Positions 10,149 through 19,744 of a stretch of 64,000 nt of DNA are shown one piece after another. The stretch is taken from the IMG/VR virus record IMGVR_UViG_3300042462_000689. One strand, 5' to 3'. This stretch comes from a virus. Both the position numbers and the translations under genes were made by a program. Under the pieces are notes generated by a model. The model had not been told where the DNA came from and searched no databases. It worked only from the letters and a program-made list of their open reading frames with translations. The stretch's first letter is position 1; every line of letters begins with the position of its first letter.

Positions 10149-10312
10149 TGCTACAAAAAGAAGTGATGAAATGGCTGAAGACCATTCCCGAAGACAGCGG
10201 AATTGCAATTGATGACGGCGGACTGGCGCTGGTGGAATTGGATGCGGACAATGACGAGACGGACAATTACATTGAAATCGGCGGGATACCGCAGGATGAG
10301 GAGGAAGAATGA
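10145..10312 (+). CDS. small acidic protein (55 aa, not in the ORF track)
   Basis: MMLQKEVMKWLKTIPEDSGIAIDDGG...EEEE; ATGA overlaps at both ends. Confidence 0.7.
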   Translation: MMLQKEVMKWLKTIPEDSGIAIDDGGLALVELDADNDETDNYIEIGGIPQDEEEE

Positions 10313-10512
10313 GCAATACACATGAAAGTCCAAGGCTGAATCCATATCAGGTCTCCCAGCTGATTACGCTGGCAGAGATCGTGGCTGAGATGGTGGACTA
10401 CGATGACGACGGAACGGTGGGGCATTGGGACGGCGGCCTGTTCTGCCCGGAGCTTCCCGAGCACGTAAAGCTGGCTCGGGAAATCCTGCACAGCATCAAC
10501 CAACGCGAATGA
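10309..10512 (+). CDS. small hypothetical protein
   Basis: coupled ORF. Confidence 0.65.
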   Translation: MSNTHESPRLNPYQVSQLITLAEIVAEMVDYDDDGTVGHWDGGLFCPELPEHVKLAREILHSINQRE

Positions 10513-10928
10513 ACATCACACCAAAAATCACACCGCCGCGGATTACGAAACTGGAACCAAATCAAATTTTCGTGTTTGGCAGCAATGAGCGAGGGATTCA
10601 TGGGAAAGGCGCAGCACTGCAGGCCAAGCAGAAATTCGGCGCACGCCAGGGAGTCGGCGTCGGCAGGAGCGGGAACACCTACGCGATTCCGACCAAGGAC
10701 GAGCATATCAAGACATTGCCCCTGCGGGTCATAGCGGATTACATTGCGGAATTTCTACGCTATGCGGTCACCTACCCGGAGTTGGAATTCCTGGTCACCC
10801 AGGTCGGCTGCGGGTTGGCCAATTGGACACCTGCGCAAATCGCGCCGCTGTTCTTCCGGCACGAGATCCCCAACAACGTCAGCCTGCCGAATGAATTCTG
10901 GCTGGCTGGAAACAACTACGAACAATGA
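10509..10928 (+). CDS. A1S_2505-like phage protein, macro-domain-like fold
   Basis: IFVFGSNERGIHGKGAA, YAIPTK, VTQVGCGLA motifs. Confidence 0.8.
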   Translation: MNITPKITPPRITKLEPNQIFVFGSNERGIHGKGAALQAKQKFGARQGVGVGRSGNTYAIPTKDEHIKTLPLRVIADYIAEFLRYAVTYPELEFLVTQVGCGLANWTPAQIAPLFFRHEIPNNVSLPNEFWLAGNNYEQ

Positions 10929-10998
10929 ACACAAGTGTCAATGAGGCGCAGGCATTCCTGCTGGAAGCAAAGAAGCCAAAGACGAAGAAGAAAGCCAA

Positions 10999-11298
10999 AT
11001 GAAGTGCAAACTGATCTGCATGAGCTTCGACGGGGAATACAAAACGGAGCGGCCGGAATTCGACAACGAGGACGACGCATGGGAATACGCCAACGACCTC
11101 GGGTCCAAATGGTATTTCTATCCGTTCTATTTCGTGGTGACGGCGTCCGGCAAGACGATCAAGGATGCGCCTTTCCCCTTGGATCATTTGAAGGGACAGC
11201 GTGTAGCCCGAGTAGCGAAGTGCTTTGCGGAGTTCGCAAAGACAGAAGAAGCAACAGGCATGGACTGCGAGCAATATGCTTTCGCCGTGCCGGTTTAA
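10999..11298 (+). CDS. hypothetical protein
   Basis: CCAAATG start. Confidence 0.7.
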   Translation: MKCKLICMSFDGEYKTERPEFDNEDDAWEYANDLGSKWYFYPFYFVVTASGKTIKDAPFPLDHLKGQRVARVAKCFAEFAKTEEATGMDCEQYAFAVPV

Positions 11299-11309
11299 CC
11301 AAAATACAA

Positions 11310-12065
11310 ATGCCAACACCAATTACAATCCAAGCCTACGAATTCGACGAGCTGAGTGAATCAGCCAAGGAGCGAGCCCGTCAGTGGTATCGAGAATCCG
11401 ACGACGATAGCTATTGGAGCGAATGCGTCATTGATGAAGTGGTCGAGCAGGGGGAGCTGATGGGAATTGAGTTCGCGCCGTTCGGGCGGAAATGGAGGAA
11501 TGCCAAAACCGGCACGGAGGGTGTCGACAACTCGCCGCGCATTTACTGGTCCGGCTTCTGTAGTCAGGGCGATGGGGCCTGCTTCGAGGGCACATGGAGC
11601 GCCAGTGCCGTAAATGCAGACAAGGTGGCACATGGATGGGGCGAATCGCCTGAGACCACACAAATCAAGCGCATCGCCTCGGTCTTCGCGGAGATCGCCA
11701 AGGCGTATCCCTACTCCTCGTTCAAGGTGAAGCATTCCGGGCACTACTACCACGAGCACTGCACGGACTTCGACTTCTACGAAGGAGCCGATGACATGGA
11801 CCCACATCACCCGGCGCTGGTGGCGCACATCAACAAGGAGGACCCCGAGGACGATCAAATCGAAAATGCCAGACAGCGCTACGCCGAGGCATTTCCGGAA
11901 AAGGATCTGAAGGAGAACGCCAAGGATCTGATGCGGTATATTTATGCTGCGCTCGAACGGGAAGATGAGGATCGCAACTCAGACGAGCGGGTCGATGAGA
12001 ACATCAAATGCAATGAGTATTTGTTCAGCGAGGAAGGCAAACGAACAGCCGTATTAAACCTATGA
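11310..12065 (+). CDS. plasmid/ICE leading-region-type protein (family often auto-annotated as antitoxin)
   Basis: YEFDELSESAKERARQWYRE and IYWSGFCSQGDGACFEG motifs. Confidence 0.75.
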   Translation: MPTPITIQAYEFDELSESAKERARQWYRESDDDSYWSECVIDEVVEQGELMGIEFAPFGRKWRNAKTGTEGVDNSPRIYWSGFCSQGDGACFEGTWSASAVNADKVAHGWGESPETTQIKRIASVFAEIAKAYPYSSFKVKHSGHYYHEHCTDFDFYEGADDMDPHHPALVAHINKEDPEDDQIENARQRYAEAFPEKDLKENAKDLMRYIYAALEREDEDRNSDERVDENIKCNEYLFSEEGKRTAVLNL

Positions 12066-12475
12066 AGACGCCTGATTATAAATTGCACCTCAAGGTGCTG
12101 GCACCCAGCGTGGTGTTTTCTGTGGCATGGAGCCCCGACGAGGATGCTCACTGGGATGGAAACCCGGACTGGAATCCCGAGGATGAAGGCTTCGAGCCCT
12201 TCAACACCGATGTGTATGCAAAGACCATCGTCGGTGGCGAGGAAATCAAAGGCTGGGCCTGCATGGGTGGCACTTGGGAGAAGCCGGAGGAAAAGGATCC
12301 GGAGATAGGAGGTTACCTCCCGCAAATGCTGGGGGAGGCTGCCACGGATCTGCTCAAACAGGAATTGCCATTGAAAATACAAATCGAGCTGCGCGCGGTC
12401 ACCGCCTATTTGAAGGCTGTGATGCGTCAGCGATGGGAAGACCAACAGAAAGAACACACCACAAATGCAAATTAA
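12062..12475 (+). CDS. hypothetical protein
   Basis: coupled ORF. Confidence 0.7.
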   Translation: MKTPDYKLHLKVLAPSVVFSVAWSPDEDAHWDGNPDWNPEDEGFEPFNTDVYAKTIVGGEEIKGWACMGGTWEKPEEKDPEIGGYLPQMLGEAATDLLKQELPLKIQIELRAVTAYLKAVMRQRWEDQQKEHTTNAN

Positions 12476-12749
12476 CAAAGAGACCAAAAAGATTGTCGGA
12501 CTGATCGCGGATATTGCGGACTTCGGAATTGAGCACACGCGACATGACGATGATGTGTCGGCAGATCACCCATACCGGCGGGGCGGCTACGAGACTGTCG
12601 GGCACACGGTGGCCTGCTGCATCAGCCAGTGGATCACGCATGACAGCGAAGGCACCAGCGATGTCTGCGAAGCGCTGAGGCTGGACGAGTTCCCTTCCCG
12701 GAAGAAAATCGAGAAGCGGCTGCTGAAGTATTTGAAGGGACGCAAATGA
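12465..12749 (+). CDS. hypothetical protein
   Basis: overlapping ORF. Confidence 0.65.
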   Translation: MQINKETKKIVGLIADIADFGIEHTRHDDDVSADHPYRRGGYETVGHTVACCISQWITHDSEGTSDVCEALRLDEFPSRKKIEKRLLKYLKGRK

Positions 12750-12958
12750 ACCTTCAAAGACTGCGCCTGCTGGGATTTGACGAGTCCAAGCACGTACCAT
12801 TCACCAAGCACTTCACGGCGCGCTGCTCCCAATGCATGGCGCTGTGCATCAATGGAACGCCATGTCACGAGACTGGCTGCCGGAACGCGATGCGCGAGTG
12901 CAATGGCTGCAATGCAATCATTCCGAGGAATCGGAAATACTGCGACGACTGCATATGA
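12746..12958 (+). CDS. Cys-rich zinc-finger microprotein
   Basis: CSQC..INGTPCHETGC, CNGC, CDDC. Confidence 0.75.
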   Translation: MNLQRLRLLGFDESKHVPFTKHFTARCSQCMALCINGTPCHETGCRNAMRECNGCNAIIPRNRKYCDDCI

Positions 12959-13170
12959 AAAAACCACCACTGACCGCAGAGCAGATCTCCGCCTATTTGG
13001 CGACTGGAGGCAATGCCTGTCCGTTTTGCCAAAGCGAGAGCATCGAGGGCACCGACGAACGCAACTACTACGGCGAGACGCAGGACCAACTAATTGAATG
13101 CCTGACGTGCGGGAGACAATGGTGGGATGTCTACAAGCTGACGGATGTGATACCGACGGAGGAATCATGA
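12955..13170 (+). CDS. Zn-ribbon microprotein
   Basis: CPFCQS...CLTCG.W.DVYKL. Confidence 0.75.
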   Translation: MKKPPLTAEQISAYLATGGNACPFCQSESIEGTDERNYYGETQDQLIECLTCGRQWWDVYKLTDVIPTEES

Positions 13171-13475
13171 ACACCAATCGCGTAAACCCGCCGCCACCAG
13201 CCCCAATACTCGCAGCCATCGACCACGTCCGCCAATTCCATCCGGAAGTGGACATGGTGGTATTCAATGACATGGGTCGCTGGCAATTCATGGGCGAGGA
13301 CTTCGAGCGTGTGAAGTTCGGGGAGTTTGACCCAACCACCGGTCTGTATGGTGGAATTGGTGTTGGGATATTGGAGGCGGCTGCGGATGAGGCGAATGCC
13401 GTGTTCGGGCTGCCTGCGGTCTGGCAGGCCTACACGTCAGCCGAGGGTATTTACCCGCAGGAGGGCGAAGCATGA
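13167..13475 (+). CDS. hypothetical protein
   Basis: coupled ORF. Confidence 0.65.
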   Translation: MNTNRVNPPPPAPILAAIDHVRQFHPEVDMVVFNDMGRWQFMGEDFERVKFGEFDPTTGLYGGIGVGILEAAADEANAVFGLPAVWQAYTSAEGIYPQEGEA

Positions 13476-13657
13476 CCGGCTGGAAGAAATGCCCCAGCGT
13501 AATGACCGGAGGCAAACCCCACTTTTACAAGAAGGGGGAGCTGACCGTGGTATGGGACAGGATGAGCAAGAACTGGTGTCTGGAAAATCGGCTGATGGTC
13601 ATTGAGAGATTTCCCAGCGCCACAGCCGCCATGAAGTCACCGCTGACTCGCGTATGA
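13472..13657 (+). CDS. small hypothetical protein
   Basis: coupled ORF. Confidence 0.65.
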   Translation: MTGWKKCPSVMTGGKPHFYKKGELTVVWDRMSKNWCLENRLMVIERFPSATAAMKSPLTRV

Positions 13658-13854
13658 AACACCTCGTATGGGTCAAATACAGCGAGAGAACCCCTGAGTG
13701 TTATAGGGACGACATCACACCGCCCGGCGTATGGGTGCCAAATGGGGACGGACCGATGGGACCGAAGACCGCCGAAAGAGTGGCGCGCGAAATACAGCAA
13801 GGCTGCCCTGGCGTAAAAGCGCTGGCGCTGCCGGCAAATCAACAACCAACATGA
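13654..13854 (+). CDS. small hypothetical protein
   Basis: coupled ORF. Confidence 0.65.
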   Translation: MKHLVWVKYSERTPECYRDDITPPGVWVPNGDGPMGPKTAERVAREIQQGCPGVKALALPANQQPT

Positions 13855-14330
13855 CAAAGAAATCAAATACCGCGGACTGGACCGTAGCAAAGGTGAAAAC
13901 CTTCATGGGAAGGGAAGGGCACGGATTCAATTGCGAGCTGCGCTACAAAGGCGAGCCCGTCTGCTTCATCATCAACAGCGCCGACGGGGGTGACTTCCGC
14001 TGGCAGTGGAATGCATTATCGGCCCGCGCAAAATCGGAATTGAAGGCGCTGGTAAAGGCCCTACCTAAAGTCACCGACAAGGACTTTCCGGAAGGCCTCG
14101 CGCAGAACGAAGACATGTGGCTGGAGGGGCTGGTGAATGACCATACCAACGCTGCGCAATTGAAGAAGTGGTGCAAGACGAGTGTGGTGTTCGTGCTGGA
14201 TGGGGACGCCGAGGGCGCATACCGGAAATGCACATTCAAGACGTCCGAGGAATATCGCAAAACGGTCGCCCACATCCGGACCAAATACCACGACCGCACG
14301 GTGACCATCCTCAACGAGAATTACCAGTAA
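13851..14330 (+). CDS. hypothetical protein (VKTFMGREGHGFNC motif)
   Basis: coupled ORF. Confidence 0.7.
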   Translation: MTKKSNTADWTVAKVKTFMGREGHGFNCELRYKGEPVCFIINSADGGDFRWQWNALSARAKSELKALVKALPKVTDKDFPEGLAQNEDMWLEGLVNDHTNAAQLKKWCKTSVVFVLDGDAEGAYRKCTFKTSEEYRKTVAHIRTKYHDRTVTILNENYQ

Positions 14331-14695
14331 TGAACATATTCAAATGCGGAAACTGCGGAGCCCGGTGGGATAAAGCCCTCTGCCCGGAAGCCCAAGACCT
14401 AGATGAGAGGCTGGACTACAACGGACCCTACACCGACAGGGAGTGTCCAATATGTGGGGCGTTGGCGTATCTAATGGAGTCAAAGCCCAAAGCCAGATTC
14501 AATTCCGGAGACAAAGTGAAGGACGCAGTCGACCGGCTGACGGCGACCACCGCGGCGCGCGATATTGCCAACGAGGAACATAAAGTAGCGGTGAGGGAGT
14601 TCCTGCAAATCATGAAGACGCTGTCGCGCACTGAGATGACCCTGGCATGCACGACACCCAAACCCAGAAAAAAGAAACCCAAATGCAAAACCTGA
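14330..14695 (+). CDS. Zn-ribbon protein
   Basis: CGNCG...ECPICGALAY; TAATG overlap. Confidence 0.7.
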   Translation: MNIFKCGNCGARWDKALCPEAQDLDERLDYNGPYTDRECPICGALAYLMESKPKARFNSGDKVKDAVDRLTATTAARDIANEEHKVAVREFLQIMKTLSRTEMTLACTTPKPRKKKPKCKT

Positions 14696-15312
14696 CACAG
14701 ATCTACGGAAGACTGGAAAAGACGTATTGCGCAGATCCGCTGACAGGACCTATTCGGCTTCTGCTTGTATGCATCGGCGACCAGCAGTCAACTGCGGCTT
14801 ACGAATTCAAATGCCCGATGGCTTCCTTTGCGGAGCAATTGCGGGACGGGAAGCCGACGTGGCTGCAAGTGCATTGCCATTACAATGAAAAGTCCGGCGA
14901 GAACTGGTATGCCTTTTCCACACCGGAGGAAAAGGATCTGTTCCTGCGTATGCTGGAATGTGACGGCATCGGTCCCGTAAAGGCATTGAACGCAATCGCC
15001 CGGACCAATTACACGGAGATCAATGCACTCATCACATCGGGAGATCGGGAGCGCTTCGTGAAGCTGCCTGGGATTGGGCCCAAGACAGGCGAGGCCATGG
15101 TGCGTGTGCTGTTCGCAGGGGCACCCAAGCAGGCTGCCACGCAAACCCACATCGCAGTCGTTCCGCTCAACATGGACTGCGTGATGGCGCTGACCGCCTT
15201 GGGCTACAAACGACCCGATGCGGAAGCCAGGACCAGGAAAGCGCAGGATGCATTGCCGGGTTGTGAGGATTCCTCGCAATTGTTGACGGCGGCGCTGAAA
15301 GGAGGCAAATGA
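14683..15312 (+). CDS. ruvA: Holliday junction branch-migration protein RuvA homologue
   Basis: three-domain layout: OB-like N-terminus, YAFSTPEEKDLF..L..CDGIGPVKA and KLPGIGPKTG HhH pair, C-terminal ALTALGYKRPDA. Confidence 0.85.
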   Translation: MQNLTQIYGRLEKTYCADPLTGPIRLLLVCIGDQQSTAAYEFKCPMASFAEQLRDGKPTWLQVHCHYNEKSGENWYAFSTPEEKDLFLRMLECDGIGPVKALNAIARTNYTEINALITSGDRERFVKLPGIGPKTGEAMVRVLFAGAPKQAATQTHIAVVPLNMDCVMALTALGYKRPDAEARTRKAQDALPGCEDSSQLLTAALKGGK

Positions 15313-15485
15313 GCAAATCCATAGAAAACATCCCACAGGAGGCGATGCTATCCCATCGCGAATTACAGGCTTTCTGGAAAGCCATGAACAAGCCGGAGCA
15401 TTACGGTATCGCCGACAAGGATCACGACGCTAATTGCGTGATTCGCCGGTTGGTGGAACACATCCAAAAACTAGAATCCAAATGA
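15309..15485 (+). CDS. small hypothetical protein (58 aa, not in the ORF track)
   Basis: MSKSIENIPQEAMLSHRELQAFWK...KLESK; CAAATGA overlaps at both ends. Confidence 0.65.
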   Translation: MSKSIENIPQEAMLSHRELQAFWKAMNKPEHYGIADKDHDANCVIRRLVEHIQKLESK

Positions 15486-15967
15486 ACAAAAACTCAAAAC
15501 CAAGTCTGCAGGACATCGTCGCGGCCTTCCGCGCAAAACAGAACGAAGAGACGGAAGCCAAAAATCAGAAGCAGCGACAGGAAGATGCGCAAGCGCAAGA
15601 CTACCTGGACGCGCGCAAAGCCGTAGTGAATGAATTGTGGGAATCTTTCCAAACCATCCTGCAGCCGCTGATCAAATCCGGAGACGCAGAGATGGGGCTG
15701 GTGACCGCACCTAACGTGACCGCACCTAACAACGGAGAAGTGAACTTTACCTTCAAAACCCGGAGACCGGTAGGACTTCAATGGGAAGAGCATCGCTGTG
15801 GTGCGTATGCGAACAATTACCACCAACCGGAAATACGCCAGTGGTGCTACTACCTGTACGGAAACTGGAGGCAGATACCTTGCGGATGCACGTGCACAGA
15901 CAAAGCGGAATTGCTGCTCATGGCCTGCGAAGGCACCGGACGGCTGATGGCCAAACTTGGCAAATGA
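15482..15967 (+). CDS. hypothetical protein with N-terminal coiled coil
   Basis: contains a 15-bp tandem duplication (VTAPN x2) at 15701-15730. Confidence 0.7.
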   Translation: MNKNSKPSLQDIVAAFRAKQNEETEAKNQKQRQEDAQAQDYLDARKAVVNELWESFQTILQPLIKSGDAEMGLVTAPNVTAPNNGEVNFTFKTRRPVGLQWEEHRCGAYANNYHQPEIRQWCYYLYGNWRQIPCGCTCTDKAELLLMACEGTGRLMAKLGK

Positions 15968-16212
15968 GCAAGCCATTCAAATTCCGCCCCAATCGGGACT
16001 TGGACGGCAATGGGAATACCAATCTGGTCCGGGCCAGCAGGGCCAGCGCGGCGCTGGATGCCTACATTGCCAACGACCGGAAGGACATCTCGCATCTGCA
16101 GGACCTGCTGTGTGATTTGATGCACCTGGCGGACATGGAGGCTGCGGAACGGGAGGACACATTTGAAGTCGCGCTCGCAAAGGCGACTTCTTGCTACCTG
16201 GAGGAACGATGA
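15964..16212 (+). CDS. hypothetical protein, paralogue of 19478-19744
   Basis: N..RA..A..AL..Y...DLLCDLMHLAD...LEER. Confidence 0.7.
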   Translation: MSKPFKFRPNRDLDGNGNTNLVRASRASAALDAYIANDRKDISHLQDLLCDLMHLADMEAAEREDTFEVALAKATSCYLEER

Positions 16213-16502
16213 AAATCAAAAAATGGCTGATATGCCCGCGTGGATTTGAGGACAATGAAACCACCGAGGAGATTCTCAAAGGTGCGGGTCGATCGCTCGA
16301 CCAGGCCTACTCCCACGACATCGTCGGCGAGTGCATCTTCGAGGGCGAGGATGGTAAGATGTATGTCGGCACCGTGGAGTTCGTGATCTCGGAGGCAAAT
16401 CCGGATTACGTGAAAGACCTGATGGACGCAGATGCCGTATTGTCCAAAGAGCCTGATTTCTCAGGTTTCGAAAAGGGCCTGAAGGGAGACCAAGAAATAT
16501 GA
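16209..16502 (+). CDS. hypothetical protein
   Basis: coupled ORF. Confidence 0.65.
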   Translation: MKIKKWLICPRGFEDNETTEEILKGAGRSLDQAYSHDIVGECIFEGEDGKMYVGTVEFVISEANPDYVKDLMDADAVLSKEPDFSGFEKGLKGDQEI

Positions 16503-17386
16503 CTATGAAACCATGGCAGCGATCTTTAGGAGACATGAGCCGAGGAGCCCCAATGGGAATCCCCAACGAATATCCCGAGGACAATGAAGCGCCAATTACC
16601 CTCACGGTCGAGCGCTGCAATTGGGTGGATGGGGACTACCTGGAGAACGGTGCGTACTTCGGCGGAGGCAACGACGACTGGATCTATTGCGCCTATGGCG
16701 ACGACTGCGTCCTTTATTGGCGTGCCAAATCCCGCGAGGAGGCCGAGGCGCATTTCAAATCGGAACTCCCCAATGCAACATTCACAGCATCCGCTGATGT
16801 GGTGGACTGGCGGGACTTCGACACATTTACCCGCGCCTATATCCAAGCCGCATTATGGGAATCCACGGATGAGCCTTACAACAAGAAGCGGGAGGCGAAG
16901 GAGGCGGGGTATGCAGTCGTGGACAATTCGCTGACCGATAAAGTGCTGCGCTACGCATTTGCAAAGCGGGGCGAGAGTCCGAATTGGATGGAGCATTCCT
17001 ACGAATACGAGCAGGACGCATGGGACGCCGCCTTCGAGGACATGGGCGGCGGGAGCTGCGACAGCGCATTGGACACCTACTTCACTCCCGACGATATCGC
17101 CCCCGCGACACTGCTGGAGATGCAAAAGGACTGCCTGCAATTCCAAAGGGATAATGCGGCGGATCTGGCGCTGGCATATGAGTCCTACCGCGGCATCACA
17201 AACGGAGTCGAGGCGGCGAGGCATGCGGGGCATGATTTCTGGCTCACGCAGCGCGGTTCAGGTTGCGGGTATTGGGACGGGGATCTGCCCGAGGAATTGG
17301 GAGCCCGGCTCACTGCTGCGGCAAAGCAATACAATGAATTCGCCCGCCTCTACGTGGGCGATGACGAGAAAATCAGAATTGAATGA
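16499..17386 (+). CDS. conserved phage hypothetical protein (AGHDFWLT..G.G.G.WDG motif)
   Basis: FTRAYIQAALWES and GHDFWLTQRGSGCGYWDG. Confidence 0.75.
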   Translation: MTMKPWQRSLGDMSRGAPMGIPNEYPEDNEAPITLTVERCNWVDGDYLENGAYFGGGNDDWIYCAYGDDCVLYWRAKSREEAEAHFKSELPNATFTASADVVDWRDFDTFTRAYIQAALWESTDEPYNKKREAKEAGYAVVDNSLTDKVLRYAFAKRGESPNWMEHSYEYEQDAWDAAFEDMGGGSCDSALDTYFTPDDIAPATLLEMQKDCLQFQRDNAADLALAYESYRGITNGVEAARHAGHDFWLTQRGSGCGYWDGDLPEELGARLTAAAKQYNEFARLYVGDDEKIRIE

Positions 17387-17754
17387 ATACCGAATACAAT
17401 GACCGCATGTCTCCGGACATGCAGATTACGATGGAGGAGATGATTGCCGCCAGCATCTTTGAAAAACTTAGGCTGGACAAGCAACGGTCAGTGCTGGACC
17501 AGGCACTTCTGCTGTCGAATTTTGTCGACTGGTTGGACTCAAAGGGTCGCGCCATCGTCGACAGGCATCGTCACACCGCGGAATGCGACCCGCCTATTGA
17601 GGGCAGGCTGGGTATATGCGGATACCGTGGGGGTGAGTATGTGCCGTTGAATTGCAGCTACGAGCACCTCTTCGCCGAATTCTTCGACATCGATCTCAAT
17701 TTGATCGAGAAGGAGCGCCGGGCATTGCTCAAAGAATTGAAGCAGAACAAATGA
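17383..17754 (+). CDS. hypothetical protein
   Basis: coupled ORF. Confidence 0.7.
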   Translation: MNTEYNDRMSPDMQITMEEMIAASIFEKLRLDKQRSVLDQALLLSNFVDWLDSKGRAIVDRHRHTAECDPPIEGRLGICGYRGGEYVPLNCSYEHLFAEFFDIDLNLIEKERRALLKELKQNK

Positions 17755-18098
17755 CGAAAAACGAACAAGTCCTTGCGGCACGCACTATTGTCGCGCAGAT
17801 CGGCGAGCTTCAAAAAGTGGAAGCGGTAACCTGGGCTGACTGGGATGGGTGTGCCACGTTGGAGCTGCGCTTCTACCCCGTAAAGCAAAAGGGCGGCCTG
17901 ATCCCCGGTGAATGGACTGGTGAGTTTCAGTATTCATTGCGGGGTCTGATGCACCAGGTGCACGGCATCCTGCGTCGGCACAACGCCGTCCTGCTGGAGA
18001 AGAAATCACCCGTGCGAGTTTACCGGGAGGGGCCGCACCGGAAGATGCTGGATCATTACGACCGGGACAATTACGAGCTGACCATTCAAATCAAATGA
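17751..18098 (+). CDS. hypothetical protein
   Basis: coupled ORF. Confidence 0.7.
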   Translation: MTKNEQVLAARTIVAQIGELQKVEAVTWADWDGCATLELRFYPVKQKGGLIPGEWTGEFQYSLRGLMHQVHGILRRHNAVLLEKKSPVRVYREGPHRKMLDHYDRDNYELTIQIK

Positions 18099-18104
18099 GC
18101 GCGG

Positions 18105-18452
18105 ATGCGTCCAACAATTAAACTCACACACAATACGAGACACAAAGTTCGACTGAGGCTGCTGCAAATGCGACATGCCTCCAATACCCGAAAAAGGAAG
18201 ATGCTGGTGCAGGAAATGGAAAAGGAGAGAAAGCGATGGGTGTGGCAATCCATAATGCTGAAGCTGATCATCGTCCTCTGCGCAATTTCCGGCTACCGGG
18301 CGGACCGCTACGCCGGATGGTTCATCATGTCCGGGCTGGCGCTGCTGGTTTACGGGACGCTCCACTGGCGGATGGTCCGCGCTTACAGGGAGCATCGCAT
18401 GTCCATGCAATGGCTGCGGGAGGACGACCAGGATTCCGCGGATGAATTGTGA
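18105..18452 (+). CDS. membrane protein (2 TM) with basic N-terminus
   Basis: IMLKLIIVLCAI and WFIMSGLALLVYG hydrophobic segments. Confidence 0.6.
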   Translation: MRPTIKLTHNTRHKVRLRLLQMRHASNTRKRKMLVQEMEKERKRWVWQSIMLKLIIVLCAISGYRADRYAGWFIMSGLALLVYGTLHWRMVRAYREHRMSMQWLREDDQDSADEL

Positions 18453-18564
18453 GGCAGTGAAATGAATACACAAAGCGCGGTATATGTATTTGATGAGGAC
18501 GCAATCCCATCCGCCCAGTCTCGCGCGTTAGCGGGGCACAAAAAAACAACCAACAACCAATCAA

Positions 18565-18831
18565 ATGAGCAAAGTAACCAGAAAAAACAAGACCAGCATG
18601 TTCCGCGCAGGAATGTGTGCCGTGGCCATGGCAATGCCGATGCGCCAACCTCCACAGCATGAGCAGCATTGGACGGATGTGCCGTCGACCATGCACATCG
18701 GCTACGCATCCTTTGGGGATGAGACAGCCCCCGAGGACAACCTGCCACGCAGGCGGGCCGACCGGGAGTACATCCGGGCGCTGCATTGCGGCGCACCGCT
18801 GATTTGCATGCGCCGCGGTCCGCTCACGTAA
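18565..18831 (+). CDS. hypothetical protein
   Basis: CAAATG start after A/C-rich leader. Confidence 0.55.
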   Translation: MSKVTRKNKTSMFRAGMCAVAMAMPMRQPPQHEQHWTDVPSTMHIGYASFGDETAPEDNLPRRRADREYIRALHCGAPLICMRRGPLT

Positions 18832-18837
18832 CAAAAA

Positions 18838-18893
18838 GGAAGCGCCCCCTCGCCGCCTGTCAAATGGCGGCGAGGGGCGTTTCCAATCTTTTC
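18838..18893 (+). terminator. intrinsic terminator-like hairpin, possibly bidirectional
   Basis: GGAAGCGCCCCCTCGCCGCC-tgtcaaat-GGCGGCGAGGGGCGTTTCC, A-run before, TCTTTT after. Confidence 0.75.
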
Positions 18894-18906
18894 AATTACA
18901 GGCCAA

Positions 18907-19113
18907 ATGAGTGAGCCAAAAAAGAAACGCCAGTTGCTCGTGACGGTGGAATTTATCGTGGAGATGCCGGCGGATTACGTAATCGAGGATGACGGCATCA
19001 CATTTGAAATTCCGTGTGAGCAAATGCAGGTGCATGACACCTATGGGGAGGTCAAGGGCGCGCAAGTGATTGCATATGAAACTCAGTTGGAATTGGAGGA
19101 GATCCATGAGTGA
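18907..19113 (+). CDS. small hypothetical protein
   Basis: CCAAATG start. Confidence 0.65.
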   Translation: MSEPKKKRQLLVTVEFIVEMPADYVIEDDGITFEIPCEQMQVHDTYGEVKGAQVIAYETQLELEEIHE

Positions 19114-19312
19114 GACTGACCCCCGCCCGCAAGTCCTGGAATTGGAAACTCCACCGCCCTGCTGCCAACACAAAACCCTGCTGCTGGGAGACGACAACAC
19201 CTACCGGTGCATTTGCGGCTACCGACAGGAGCGGCTGGCAAAACATCAAATCGTAATGCAGGCTCTCCAGGATGGAAACACCACTACGATACCCGACGCG
19301 GAAAATCACTGA
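19106..19312 (+). CDS. small Cys-containing protein
   Basis: CCQH...CICG. Confidence 0.55.
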   Translation: MSETDPRPQVLELETPPPCCQHKTLLLGDDNTYRCICGYRQERLAKHQIVMQALQDGNTTTIPDAENH

Positions 19313-19477
19313 ATGGGTCGGTAATTGGAATGCCTACATGGCGAGCAGCCTGACTGCTACGCTGTCCTGCGGACATTCCAAGAAGCTGTTCAACATCACG
19401 GGAAAGAAGAAACCGAAGGCGACATTGTGCCTGCAATGTCCACAAGAAGAAGAAACCTCAAAACCAAAAAACCTAAA

Positions 19478-19744
19478 ATGCCGACAACCCAAACCCAATT
19501 CCAATTCAAGCCATACAAAAACAAGGACGAGGAGTTCTTGAGCCCGAGCAATGCCGAGAGGGCCGAATGTGCCGAGAAGGCGCTAGTGACATTTGCCGCC
19601 GCGGCCAATGATCGCAGCGAGGATACCGAATCCCTGGTCAAAGACCTGGTCACGGACCTCGGCCATTACTGCGACCGGGAGGGGTTGGACTTCGAGGACA
19701 TCGTGCGCAGCGCCATCAACACCCACTGGCTGGAGGAACGGTGA
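19478..19744 (+). CDS. hypothetical protein, paralogue of 15964-16212
   Basis: NAERAECAEKAL...DLVTDLGHYCD...LEER. Confidence 0.7.
   Translation: MPTTQTQFQFKPYKNKDEEFLSPSNAERAECAEKALVTFAAAANDRSEDTESLVKDLVTDLGHYCDREGLDFEDIVRSAINTHWLEER

Noticed and set aside
15701-15730. 15-bp tandem duplication (VTAPN x2)
   Set aside because: An isolated in-frame slippage event with no wider pattern.
19272-19541. 89-aa ORF with SCGH...CLQC motif
   Set aside because: Start is uncertain and it overlaps both neighbours; possibly real but not supportable here.
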